Assembly (NCBI GenBank): GCA_964631415.1
Contig: CAZVZC010000004.1
Span: 13,814-77,813 of the forward strand
DNA length: 64,000 bases
Direction of reading: 5' to 3'
Origin: an uncultured archaeon
GTDB taxonomy: Archaea > Asgardarchaeota > Thorarchaeia > Thorarchaeales > Thorarchaeaceae
Shown in pieces: positions 46,254-55,538 of this stretch. The position numbers and the translations under genes are program-made. Position 1 is the stretch's first letter; each line of letters starts with the position of its first letter. The notes under the pieces were generated by a model, which did not search any database, had not been told where the DNA came from, and was given only the letters and a program-made list of their open reading frames with translations.

Positions 46254-48239
46254 ATGAAGACAATCACTGTGATTGGCGCAGGTACAATGGGGCACGGAAT
46301 AGCCCAGTTGGCTGCCAAGGCAGGTTATCAAGTGTACCTGAATGATGTGAAGAAGGAGTTCATTGACAAGGGTTTCGAACGCATAAAGTGGAGCCTCGGG
46401 AAATTCGCAGAGAAGAAGAACATCACTGAGGAGCAGGCGAAGGAGATCTTCGGGAGAATAAAGCCCGAACTGGATCTAGCAAAGGCCGCAAGAACTGCTG
46501 ACATCATAGTTGAGGCAATCATCGAGGACATGGCCATGAAGCAGGAACTTGGCCGTAACTTGGACAAGGTCATGAAGAAAGGGGCCATATTCGCTACCAA
46601 CACAAGCACACTGCCCATCACAGAGATAGCCTCTGCTTTCTCGCATCCTGAGAATGTAATTGGGATGCACTTCTTCAACCCACCACAGCTAATGCCACTG
46701 GTAGAGATAATCCGCGGCGAAAAGACTTCAGAGAGCACGCTGACGACAATAGTCGAACTGTCGCGCGAGATGGGAAAGGACATTGTCACTTGTAAGAAGG
46801 ATGTCCCTGGCTTCATTGTGAACCGCATGCTCGGGCCTCTGCTCAACGAAGCCGCATGGATAGTCGAACGAGGTGAAGCGAGCATCACGGCCATAGACTC
46901 TGCATCGAAGTACAGGCTTTCTCTGCCCATGGGTCTGTTCGAACTCGCAGACTACAGCGGAGTCGATGTGATCTACAATGCACAGAAGTACTTCGTCAAG
47001 AGAGGATTGATTTCCAACCAGCCGCCCATTTGGGAGAAGAAGGTCAAGGCCCAGGAGTTCGGGATGAAGGTCGGGAAGGGCTTCTACACGTACAAGCAGG
47101 GTGCCCTCGGATGGGAGAGACCAGACATCCCGAGAGATGCAGGAAACAGCGTAGACCTCGTCAGACTCTTCGCTCCGGCAATCAACTCAGGAGCAGAAGT
47201 TGTGCGACTGGAGATTGCCACCAGAGAGGACGTCGACAAGTCGGTGAAGATGGGGCTGGGATTTCCGAAGGGCATTCTCGAGATGGCAGATGAGTTTGGC
47301 ATAGACAAAGTGATGGATGCTCTGAAAGACCTGCGCAGCAAACACGGCGAGTTCTACAAACCAGACCCTATGCTAGAACAGATGATGAGCGAGGGTCGCA
47401 CAGGGAGGGCGGCTGGCAAGGGATTCTATGATTACAAGGAGAAGGCAACCGAGCTGGAAACACTCATTTTGAGAAAGGAACCCGAGAACAAAATCGCTTG
47501 GCTGATTGTGAACCGGCCGCACAGACTGAACACATTCACCCTTGAGTCCATAGGGGACTTCCGACGGGCATTCCTTGATGTCGCCGCTGACAAGAACATC
47601 AGAGTACTCATAATCACTGGCGCAGGAGACAAAGCGTTCTGTACGGGAGCAGACCTGACAGCTTTCTCTGGTGACATCAACCCCTCGGCAGCGCGAGACC
47701 TATCCGCACAGGGTCACGACCTCTTCGCCATGATTGAGAAGCTGCCGCAACCCGTCGTCGCAGCCATAAACGGGTACGCCTATGGAGGTGGGTGCGAACT
47801 CTCATTGGCCTGTGATTTCCGGATTGCCGCTGAGCGTGCCAAGATCGGTCTGACAGAGATGCGCTTGTCACTCCTTCCTGGATGGGGTGGTACACAGCGG
47901 CTACCGAGAATCATCGGGCTTGCGAAGGCCAAGGAGGCCATCATGCTTGCACGGAGGTACACTGCTGAGGAGGCACTGGCGATAGGTCTCGTTCACAAGG
48001 TCGTTCCAAACGAGCACTTCGAGGAAGAGGTCAGAGCATTCGCAAAGGAACTGGCCAAACAGTCCCCAATCGCGATAAAACTCGCCAAGCAATGCCTGAA
48101 TCAGGGTACGCAAGTACCACTCGACGTAGGCATGGAACTTGAAGCACAGGCCTTCGGGACACTCTTCTCGACAGAGGATCTCTTTGAGGGGATTGCGGCA
48201 TTCATGGAGAAGAGGGAGCCGGACTTCAAGGGCAAGTAG
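46254..48239 (+). CDS. archaeal-type 3-hydroxyacyl-CoA dehydrogenase / enoyl-CoA hydratase fusion (HAD N-terminal, ECH C-terminal)
   Basis: VIGAGTMGHGIA, ATNTS, GMHFFNPP, PGFIVNR, PMGLFELAD; AFCTGADL, GGGCELSLACD, GLTE...PGWGGTQRLPR. Confidence 0.95.
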   Translation: MKTITVIGAGTMGHGIAQLAAKAGYQVYLNDVKKEFIDKGFERIKWSLGKFAEKKNITEEQAKEIFGRIKPELDLAKAARTADIIVEAIIEDMAMKQELGRNLDKVMKKGAIFATNTSTLPITEIASAFSHPENVIGMHFFNPPQLMPLVEIIRGEKTSESTLTTIVELSREMGKDIVTCKKDVPGFIVNRMLGPLLNEAAWIVERGEASITAIDSASKYRLSLPMGLFELADYSGVDVIYNAQKYFVKRGLISNQPPIWEKKVKAQEFGMKVGKGFYTYKQGALGWERPDIPRDAGNSVDLVRLFAPAINSGAEVVRLEIATREDVDKSVKMGLGFPKGILEMADEFGIDKVMDALKDLRSKHGEFYKPDPMLEQMMSEGRTGRAAGKGFYDYKEKATELETLILRKEPENKIAWLIVNRPHRLNTFTLESIGDFRRAFLDVAADKNIRVLIITGAGDKAFCTGADLTAFSGDINPSAARDLSAQGHDLFAMIEKLPQPVVAAINGYAYGGGCELSLACDFRIAAERAKIGLTEMRLSLLPGWGGTQRLPRIIGLAKAKEAIMLARRYTAEEALAIGLVHKVVPNEHFEEEVRAFAKELAKQSPIAIKLAKQCLNQGTQVPLDVGMELEAQAFGTLFSTEDLFEGIAAFMEKREPDFKGK

Positions 48240-48241
48240 GA

Positions 48242-49426
48242 GTGGATGTTATGGTTGTGAAGAAACTGCGCGAAGCAGTCATCGTCGAAGCAGTACGAAC
48301 GCCTATCGGCAAGAGAAACGGGAGTTTTGCCAATGTCCGACCTGACGAGTTGGCCTCCCACGTCCTGAAAGAGATCGTCAAGCGGGTCAAGATAGATCCT
48401 GCCACCGTCGACGACGTGATCATGGGCTGTAACACTCAGACTGCACAACAGGCGGCAAACATAGGCCGCCTCTCGGTATTGGGTGCCGGCTTTCCGTACA
48501 CAGTGCCGGCTTGCACACTCAATCGAGCGTGCGGCTCATCCCAGCAGGCAGTCAACTTCGGAGCTCAGTCTATAGCTACATACAACGCAGACATCATCAT
48601 AGCTGCCGGCGTCGAGCATATGACCCTGCTCCCAATCGGTGCGGATTTCGGAGAGGGCTATGCGTCGTTCAATCCGAAGCTCGTGGAGAAGTATGCCCTC
48701 GTGCCTATGACGATGAGTTCGGACATGATGGCAGAGAAGTACAAGATAGCAAGGGAGGACCTAGACAAGTTCGCCCTATGGAGCCACAAGAAAGCGGTTG
48801 CCGCTTGGGATGCTGGGAAGTTCGAGAAGGAAGTGGTGCTCATGGAAGTGGCTCAGCCAGACGGAGGAACCACAATCGTCAAGAAGGATGACAGCCCTCG
48901 TCGTGAAACCTCTCTTGAGAAGCTGGCTTCACTGCCCACACTGCATGGCGGAACGACCACTGCTGGAAATGCCTGTCCCATAAACGATGGAGCTGCCGCA
49001 GTGATGATGATGTCCCGCGAGAAGGCGGACGAGCTCGGTCTCAAGGCTCGTGCGTTAGTCCATACTCAGGCCGTCGTAGGGGTTGAACCTGTCACCTGCC
49101 TTGAGGGACCAATCTACGTCATACCCAAATGCCTGCAACGTGCAGGACTGACGTTGAAAGACATCGACCTCATGGAGATCAACGAGGCATTTGCATCGGT
49201 TGTCTTGGCCACAGGCAAGATGCTAGGCTTTGATGCCCTGACGGACAAGCGACTTGCGGTTCATGGTGGCTCAATTGCCCTAGGACACCCTCTTGGCGCC
49301 TCTGGTGCTAGGCTGATAACAACGTTGCTCCATGCGCTAGAGGACCGAAAGCTGAGATACGGGCTAGTTTCGATGTGCATTGGGCTCGGACAGGGAACAG
49401 CTACAATCATCGAACGTGTGAAATAA
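48242..49426 (+). CDS. thiolase (acetyl-CoA acyltransferase, bacterial-type degradative)
   Basis: NRACGSS (Cys), EINEAFA, GHPLGASG (His), SMCIGLGQG (Cys). Confidence 0.95.
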   Translation: MDVMVVKKLREAVIVEAVRTPIGKRNGSFANVRPDELASHVLKEIVKRVKIDPATVDDVIMGCNTQTAQQAANIGRLSVLGAGFPYTVPACTLNRACGSSQQAVNFGAQSIATYNADIIIAAGVEHMTLLPIGADFGEGYASFNPKLVEKYALVPMTMSSDMMAEKYKIAREDLDKFALWSHKKAVAAWDAGKFEKEVVLMEVAQPDGGTTIVKKDDSPRRETSLEKLASLPTLHGGTTTAGNACPINDGAAAVMMMSREKADELGLKARALVHTQAVVGVEPVTCLEGPIYVIPKCLQRAGLTLKDIDLMEINEAFASVVLATGKMLGFDALTDKRLAVHGGSIALGHPLGASGARLITTLLHALEDRKLRYGLVSMCIGLGQGTATIIERVK

Positions 49427-49491
49427 CAAGCATTCATCTGCATAGGTTCTTTACGCGACATGCCACATCAGAACTCGCAGGCGGCAATGGC

Positions 49492-50298
49492 ATGAACATC
49501 GAGAAAGCTGTTGCTTTCGTGACGGCCAGAGGCAATCCAATCGAGATTGCTCGAATGTCATCCATACTATGGAATCAGAAGAGCAGCCGTTCTGCTGTCA
49601 CCAGACTCAGTAGGATGCAGAACGAAGACGGAGGGTACTCGTTGGAGCAAGGGGGCATCAGCACAGTCTGCACCACGGTCAATGTGATCTCATGGTTGGA
49701 TGATCTTCAACTTCGCAGTGGCCCGCTCGTAGACATGGCGTTCAGGTTTCTACTCAAGCACGAACACACCGATGGCGGCTGGGACGAGGTGGAAGGAATC
49801 ATCGGAACAAACCCTCCTCCATTCCTCATGCCCGGAGAAGCGAGTACGAGAACTTGGCTCACTGCGTGCTGCGCCCACTGGTTTGTGCGGTTTGGCCGCG
49901 GTCAGCCGCTCGACGCCAAGGGACACCCAGTGGATTTCCTGCTCCAAAGCCGGGAAGCGTCGGGCAGACTGAAGGGGTATCTTCGTGCTACTTGGGATGC
50001 TCTGGTCCTATTAAGTCAACACCCCGGGCCTGACTCCAGCGAGTTCAAGGAAACCTTGGCAGCGATAGAGAGAGAGCTTGCCCCAGAGAACTGGGAAGGG
50101 TCCAACCTGGCTTGGCTGCTGTGTTGCTTCAGAGATGCGGGACTGCCCGGTGACAACCTGCTGGTCAAGAAAGCCCTGGATGAACTCGCCAGAAAGCAGC
50201 GCCCGGATGGGAGCTGGTCCTCTGAGGACGGTGAGAAGTTCGCTGTGAGTGCCACCATTGAAGCGCTACGCGTGCTCAAGCACTATGGCAGAGTCTAG
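49492..50298 (+). CDS. prenyltransferase / squalene-oxidase (QW/PFTB) repeat alpha-alpha barrel protein
   Basis: MQNEDGGY, HEHTDGGW, KQRPDGSW repeats. Confidence 0.8.
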   Translation: MNIEKAVAFVTARGNPIEIARMSSILWNQKSSRSAVTRLSRMQNEDGGYSLEQGGISTVCTTVNVISWLDDLQLRSGPLVDMAFRFLLKHEHTDGGWDEVEGIIGTNPPPFLMPGEASTRTWLTACCAHWFVRFGRGQPLDAKGHPVDFLLQSREASGRLKGYLRATWDALVLLSQHPGPDSSEFKETLAAIERELAPENWEGSNLAWLLCCFRDAGLPGDNLLVKKALDELARKQRPDGSWSSEDGEKFAVSATIEALRVLKHYGRV

Positions 50299-50359
50299 AG
50301 AGCCGCCATTTGGCCTGACCGAGCCACAACTGACAAGTGGGAGTCATGTGTGGCAGAAA

Positions 50360-50863
50360 ATGGGTGCCGATACGAGAGAACTCCGTCGAAAGGAGAAAGC
50401 GATTGCAAATCGGAACGAGATGCTGTGGATTCTGGAGCACACACAGTACATCACAGTTGCGATGTGTGCTGACAACGAACCGTATCTTGTGACCCTGAGC
50501 CACGGCTATGACAGAGAAAGGAACTGCATCTATTTTCACTGTGCGAGAGAGGGCAAGAAGATTGATGTCCTGTCAGTCAACAATGTCGTCTGGGGTCAAG
50601 CTCTGATCGACAAGGGCTATGTTCAAGGCGCATGTGACCATCTATACGCCACCGTGCATTTCAGAGGCAGGGTCACATTTGTGGGGAATACGGAGGAGAA
50701 AGAACATGCGCTCAGAATCATGATACATGCCTTGGACGATGACCCATCAGCAGTCATCAAGAAACAGCTCACCCCTCAGTCAGTTGCACGCGTCAACATA
50801 GGCCGGATCGATATCGATTACATGACGGGAAAGAAGGCAGAGAAGGTAGTCATGTCAGTATAG
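50360..50863 (+). CDS. pyridoxamine 5'-phosphate oxidase-like / NimA-type flavin-binding protein
   Basis: LRRKEKAI, EPYLVTLSHGY, IYFHCAREGKKID, YATVHFRGRV. Confidence 0.85.
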   Translation: MGADTRELRRKEKAIANRNEMLWILEHTQYITVAMCADNEPYLVTLSHGYDRERNCIYFHCAREGKKIDVLSVNNVVWGQALIDKGYVQGACDHLYATVHFRGRVTFVGNTEEKEHALRIMIHALDDDPSAVIKKQLTPQSVARVNIGRIDIDYMTGKKAEKVVMSV

Positions 50864-50977
50864 AGGACTACTGTGCCATTGTATCCACGGCCAGTCTTCT
50901 TCTGACATCAAGGTTCGTGCTCAGGACAAGCAAGAGGGTCATATTCATCTAGGTGAAGCAGCTGATTCTGCTTGGCT

Positions 50978-51601
50978 ATGTTGTTTCTTCTTTCTGTCAT
51001 AGGGATGATAGTTGCGGTTCCGATTCACTTCTTGTCGGTCGAACATTCAAGGCTGGAGAAGAAGTACGGGCAAAAGAAGGGAAGAAAAGTTGGAAGCATA
51101 TTGGGCATGATATCAGGATGGGGTTTCTTCGGATTCTGGGTGGGAATATGGGTATCTTCTCAGCCGAAGTTCAGTATCCCGGTTCTTCCAGAATTCGTCG
51201 TGTTTATCCCGATTAGTGGCTTGGCAGTCCCCATGGTCCACTTCTTCTTTGGGCTGCCTCTCGTCTTAGTGGGAGCTTGGTTGGGAATCGCAGGCGTCAA
51301 GGAGATCACGCTCAAAGTCGCCGAAACTCACAGAGCAGAGAGAGTCGTGAAGACGGGGGTCTACTCAACAATTAGGCACCCTCAATACCTAGGCGGCGTT
51401 GTTTCTCACTTGGGAATCATACTCATCCTGTGTGCTTGGTATGCTCTTCTTGTGACGCCGCTGATTGTTTCACTGAACTATGCACTTACCTGGAAAGAAG
51501 AGAAGGAGCTCGCGAGGGAGTTCGGCAGTGAATACATAGAGTATCAGAGGAGCGTGCCAATGATGGTGCCCCGAGTCGGGGGTCGCAAGGCAGATCATTG
51601 A
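50978..51601 (+). CDS. isoprenylcysteine carboxyl methyltransferase / PEMT family membrane methyltransferase
   Basis: VVKTGVYSTIRHPQYLG, EEKELAREFGSEYIEYQRSVP. Confidence 0.9.
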   Translation: MLFLLSVIGMIVAVPIHFLSVEHSRLEKKYGQKKGRKVGSILGMISGWGFFGFWVGIWVSSQPKFSIPVLPEFVVFIPISGLAVPMVHFFFGLPLVLVGAWLGIAGVKEITLKVAETHRAERVVKTGVYSTIRHPQYLGGVVSHLGIILILCAWYALLVTPLIVSLNYALTWKEEKELAREFGSEYIEYQRSVPMMVPRVGGRKADH

Positions 51602-51778
51602 CATATCGAGAAACATGGGTGAGTGCGATCGGTATCGTTGGCTTTCCGACCCGCACTAACCGTATTGATTCAGTGGTAGACTACAACATGGCGGAACCTT
51701 CCAACTAGAAGCTCGTACCAACGAGAGCTGTACTCAGCGGGCTCCTGTCGTCCTTGATTTCGCGGCGATGTACAGCGC

Positions 51779-52171
51779 CTACTTGATTCCCATTCTCGTA
51801 GTGAGCTTGATTATGACGAATATCACGAAGGCGATTGTTATGAAGGTGATTAGGTCACCCACGAATGCGCCCACGCGAAATGGCCCAAATACTATCTCCT
51901 CCCATACGATGCCGACGGGTAGGAAGAACTGAACAATGGGCATCACGAGATTATCCACTAGCGACTTCACAAGACCTCCAAGATAGAGGCCGAGGATGAA
52001 TGCAGTGGCCAAGCCCATAACCTTGTACTCACTTAGAAAGAACTTGAATTCGTTCAACAGACCCTTTGGTCTGGGAACGGGTGGACCTGGTGTAAGCAGC
52101 TTTCGTATACCTCTTAGCTCTTCCAGAATGGAGTCTTCCTGTTCCATAGTAGCACCGTCATGTCTTGACAT
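51779..52171 (-). CDS. mscL: large-conductance mechanosensitive channel MscL family
   Basis: EFKFFLSEYKVMGLATAFILG...LVKSLVDNLVMPIV...GAFVGDLITFITIAFVIF. Confidence 0.88.
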   Translation of the reverse strand: MSRHDGATMEQEDSILEELRGIRKLLTPGPPVPRPKGLLNEFKFFLSEYKVMGLATAFILGLYLGGLVKSLVDNLVMPIVQFFLPVGIVWEEIVFGPFRVGAFVGDLITFITIAFVIFVIIKLTTRMGIK

Positions 52172-52304
52172 GTTCGCACCTCAAGCATGAGTTGTGTGTG
52201 TTCAGAGCGGCAGGGAACTCCCGTATCAATCCTATATTATCTACCAATGTGCACCAAAACCGCGCTTTATCTGCTTGCTTGGAGATTTTCGGGAGGGAGT
52301 TCAT

Positions 52305-53093
52305 ATGGTACTGTCCGCGGAATCATGGTACCAGTCGATCTTTCTACGTCATTCAGAACGAGTCTACTCAAGTAAACCTGTCCCAGAGAAGGAATTGCTC
52401 GAACTCGACAAGCTATGCGAGCAGTTCCGACCATTCTCGGGTTCTCGAGCGAAGCTTGTCAGAAACCCGCCAGATGATGTCTTCAAAGGTATCATTGGTC
52501 CCTATGGCAAGGTCAAGAACGCCCCGCACTATATCGCGTTCATTGGTGACACCAAGTCACCGACTGTGGAGGAGGCACTTGGCTACATGGGCGAGGGCAT
52601 TATCCTCGAGGCGACAGCCCTAGGTCTCAATACATGCTGGGTGGCCGGGTTCTTCCGTCCAGAGAGAGTGATGGAGCATATCGACGTTTCTGAGAATGAG
52701 GTAGTCATGGCAGTCACTCCCATCGGCCATGCGGAGGAGGAATCTGACCGCATTGAGGAGATGAGGCCGGGCCATGACAAGCCGCACATGCGGCGTGACC
52801 TCGAGAGTCTGATGGTGCAGGGCAGTCACACTCCGAAAGATTGGATGAGACTGGGGCTTGAGGCCGCAAGATTGGCGCCATCTGCAGTGAACAGGCAGCC
52901 ATGGCGGTTCCGCCTCGGAGAAGATACGGTGCTGATCGAGCATCTGAGGACTAGGAACTACTTTCGTATACCTTACCGCCTAGACTGTGGCATCGCAATG
53001 CTTCATTTCGAACTGGGGGCACTTGTCGCTGGCGCATCAGGCAACTGGACACTGCTACAATCGCCAAGTGTTGCGGAGTACAGAATCACTTAG
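52305..53093 (+). CDS. nitroreductase-family protein (two-domain, TM1586-like)
   Basis: RHSERVY, YGKVKNAPHY, GYMGEGIILEATALGLNTCWV, APSAVNRQPW, DCGIAMLH. Confidence 0.88.
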   Translation: MVLSAESWYQSIFLRHSERVYSSKPVPEKELLELDKLCEQFRPFSGSRAKLVRNPPDDVFKGIIGPYGKVKNAPHYIAFIGDTKSPTVEEALGYMGEGIILEATALGLNTCWVAGFFRPERVMEHIDVSENEVVMAVTPIGHAEEESDRIEEMRPGHDKPHMRRDLESLMVQGSHTPKDWMRLGLEAARLAPSAVNRQPWRFRLGEDTVLIEHLRTRNYFRIPYRLDCGIAMLHFELGALVAGASGNWTLLQSPSVAEYRIT

Positions 53094-53181
53094 TCGACTG
53101 GGTTCACATCTTCTTTCTTATGAGCAATCACAAAACGGCGATGGTTGTGGGGTGACACATGTCATGTCACATGAGGTTGAG

Positions 53182-53445
53182 ATGGAAACTAGTGCGAGAA
53201 TTTTGTCCATTGCTTCTCGATATATCATAGTCAGTGTGCTGGTGATTGCTATCGGCGCTGTCAGCATAGTCTACGCTTTGCTCATCTTCTTAGTGTCCGG
53301 GGCAGCGGGCTTGATATTCGAGGTCGCCGCAGGCATCTTCATGGGTCTGGCTTTCGCCGCAATTGGACTATTCATAGGGGCCTGGGGTCTCTTCTGGATG
53401 CGGACTGAGGGAAAGAGACTTCGCAAGATGCTTGAAGCTAAGTAA
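53182..53445 (+). CDS. small 2-TM membrane protein (paralog A)
   Basis: Two hydrophobic helices ending AWGLFW, like the next gene. Confidence 0.65.
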   Translation: METSARILSIASRYIIVSVLVIAIGAVSIVYALLIFLVSGAAGLIFEVAAGIFMGLAFAAIGLFIGAWGLFWMRTEGKRLRKMLEAK

Positions 53446-53460
53446 CGGGAGGTCGTAATA

Positions 53461-53799
53461 ATGGCGAAAGATGATCGAGTGACACACAGTGACGATAAGA
53501 AGACAGGACACGAACCAAAGCGCGATATTCCAACTTGGGAGCAGATAACCCAGAACGTATATGATCGCATCGAGTGGTATGCCACCCGATTCATTGTGTT
53601 CTCAACCGTGGGTGTAGTGATTGGGTTCATCGCTCTTGTCTACGGCGCATTGGCGGTCGTATACTTTGGACAAAGCCTGCAGGTGGGCAGCGTCTTTCTC
53701 GCAGCGTTCGTGGGCATCGGAGCGCTCGTCGCGTCAGTCGTCTTGCTTGCCTGGGGTTTGTTCTGGCGCAAGAAGGTCGAAACACGAAGCATTTTCTAG
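53461..53799 (+). CDS. small 2-TM membrane protein (paralog B)
   Basis: GGAGG RBS; two hydrophobic helices ending AWGLFW. Confidence 0.7.
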   Translation: MAKDDRVTHSDDKKTGHEPKRDIPTWEQITQNVYDRIEWYATRFIVFSTVGVVIGFIALVYGALAVVYFGQSLQVGSVFLAAFVGIGALVASVVLLAWGLFWRKKVETRSIF

Positions 53800-53898
53800 T
53801 CTGACTCCACTTCAATCATACATTGCTGAAGTGCCTGACCCCGACAAATGGGGAAATGGGGGCTGCTGAGCCCCCTAGTCTTTCTGATTCGGAATTGT

Positions 53899-54690
53899 CT
53901 AGGACTTAGCTGTCTTGCGCCTGCGAAGGAGAAGCAGGGCAAAGATAGCGACAACGACAACCAGCGCGGCCGTAACGGCAGTTGCCATTATCGTAACACT
54001 GGCCATCTGCTTGACAGCAATACCGACCACGGCCCAGACAAACACGAGGCCGAACGCGATGTCACTCCTCCTGATGATCATTAGGAGATTGATCACCAGA
54101 GCCACGACTATCACAGCGGCTGTCCAGATCTCTTGTGTGGGCAATGGTATTCCAGGCACAAGCACATTCAGAGCGGACGCGATGTTGGCTATGATAGCCA
54201 CCGAGACCCAACCCAGATAGACGCTCACAGGCAGATGCACTGCGAGTCTTTGCTTCATGGGAACCTCCTTGATGCCTACCCCAAGTCGTACGTACATCAC
54301 GAGCAACGACAGTAGAAGTACCGTCATTGGCAGGATAGAAAGTAGGTAGAGTGAGGGTACACCATAGGAGTAGTGGAACAGGACCAGCCAAGTGATGTTG
54401 GCGATTGCAGCCAGAAGATGTAGGAACCCTATCTGTGCAAGATAGCCTTGACTACGTTGGTTGACCCTTGCCTGATAAATCATGAATGTCACCAGAAGTA
54501 CATAGATGACACCCCATATCGCAAACACATACCCCGATGGCGTGAACAGGTTATGGTACGAGTCGGAAACCTGACCAGTGTACACCCCATTCAAGGGAAG
54601 AATGTTTGCGAGCAGGTTGACAAGTATCGTGACGAATATCGCCAGCACGTTTGCAGCCTGCAGGACTTCCGAACTTGTTTTGAATGACAT
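53899..54690 (-). CDS. TspO/MBR-related tryptophan-rich sensory protein; start ATG 54690
   Basis: GQVSDSYHNLFTPSGYVFAIWGVIY, SVYLGWVSVAIIANI, DIAFGLVFVWAVVGI. Confidence 0.85.
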   Translation of the reverse strand: MSFKTSSEVLQAANVLAIFVTILVNLLANILPLNGVYTGQVSDSYHNLFTPSGYVFAIWGVIYVLLVTFMIYQARVNQRSQGYLAQIGFLHLLAAIANITWLVLFHYSYGVPSLYLLSILPMTVLLLSLLVMYVRLGVGIKEVPMKQRLAVHLPVSVYLGWVSVAIIANIASALNVLVPGIPLPTQEIWTAAVIVVALVINLLMIIRRSDIAFGLVFVWAVVGIAVKQMASVTIMATAVTAALVVVVAIFALLLLRRRKTAKS

Positions 54691-54694
54691 GGGT

Positions 54695-54720
54695 TTAACA
54701 ATTGTTAACCCGTTAATAAG
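54695..54720 (-). promoter_or_regulatory. perfect 14-bp palindrome TTAACAATTGTTAA between TATA-like TTATTAA and the ATG (probably leaderless)
   Basis: 54695-54708; TATA-like element about 25 nt upstream of ATG 54690. Confidence 0.6.
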
Positions 54721-54783
54721 TCTTCCCATGTTCATCTGTGCTTGTGAGCCCGATTCACAGTGCACTTGTAGAATCCGACGTAT

Positions 54784-55506
54784 TCACAAGACTGCCTTGA
54801 TTGGCGCTCCACAATAGGGGCAGTAGCGATCCTCGGGTTTCAATGCAAAGCCGCAGTAGACGCAACCTCTAGCTCCACTGACGCCACTGTCTGCAGGGTG
54901 CGCAGGTGCCGAGCTTGTCGTCCCTGTTGCAGGATTGAACCAGACATCAGATGCCCCCTTTCTCTTCTGACCGATTATGAATTGTATTGCTTCGTCCTCT
55001 GGAACTCCCGCGCTGCCTGCAATCTCAGGCACCGTGCGACCTTGCCCGCGCTCAAACTCGGTCAGGACCTTTGACCTGTGACTCACGTTCTCGACAACAC
55101 TTGAGAGAAACACGAACACGAGCACAAAGAGAGGTATCAGAAACACCCAAGAGAAACCACTCTCAAAGTAGAGCCAGCCAAGGATGCCAATCGGAATCAG
55201 AACCCCTACTGCGACGCCTTCCTCCTTCTGCTTCCGACGATCGTAGATGGGTTTTGTGTCGATCTGAGCAGGTATTGGAGTTTCCGAACTGGCAACCGTG
55301 TCCTTTCTTGCCCGTATCCTCTTCTCTTCGGTCACACTTGACACTAGTGACACAAGTAGGACGAAGATTGGAATCAGAAGCCAGACTACTCCTGTAGCCA
55401 CCATAATGATGGACAACACCCCTATCGGGATCAGCAGACCAACTGGCCTGTCTTCCTCATCCTCACTGTCATCATCTTCGTCTTCTCTGAACCGGCGACT
55501 ATGCAT
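54784..55506 (-). CDS. membrane protein with duplicated 2-TM unit + winged helix + C-terminal Zn ribbon; start about 55506
   Basis: GLLIPIGVL...WLLIPIFVL and GVLIPIGIL...VFLIPLFVL repeats; TVPEIAGSAGVPEDEA; CVYC...CPYCG. Confidence 0.7.
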   Translation of the reverse strand: MHSRRFREDEDDDSEDEEDRPVGLLIPIGVLSIIMVATGVVWLLIPIFVLLVSLVSSVTEEKRIRARKDTVASSETPIPAQIDTKPIYDRRKQKEEGVAVGVLIPIGILGWLYFESGFSWVFLIPLFVLVFVFLSSVVENVSHRSKVLTEFERGQGRTVPEIAGSAGVPEDEAIQFIIGQKRKGASDVWFNPATGTTSSAPAHPADSGVSGARGCVYCGFALKPEDRYCPYCGAPIKAVL

Positions 55507-55538
55507 CGGCACATCCGTTCCTTCCTTATTGTCCTCGG

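Noticed and set aside
51779-52171. MscL in an archaeon
   Set aside because: Short archaeal MscL homologues are known; nothing unusual seen
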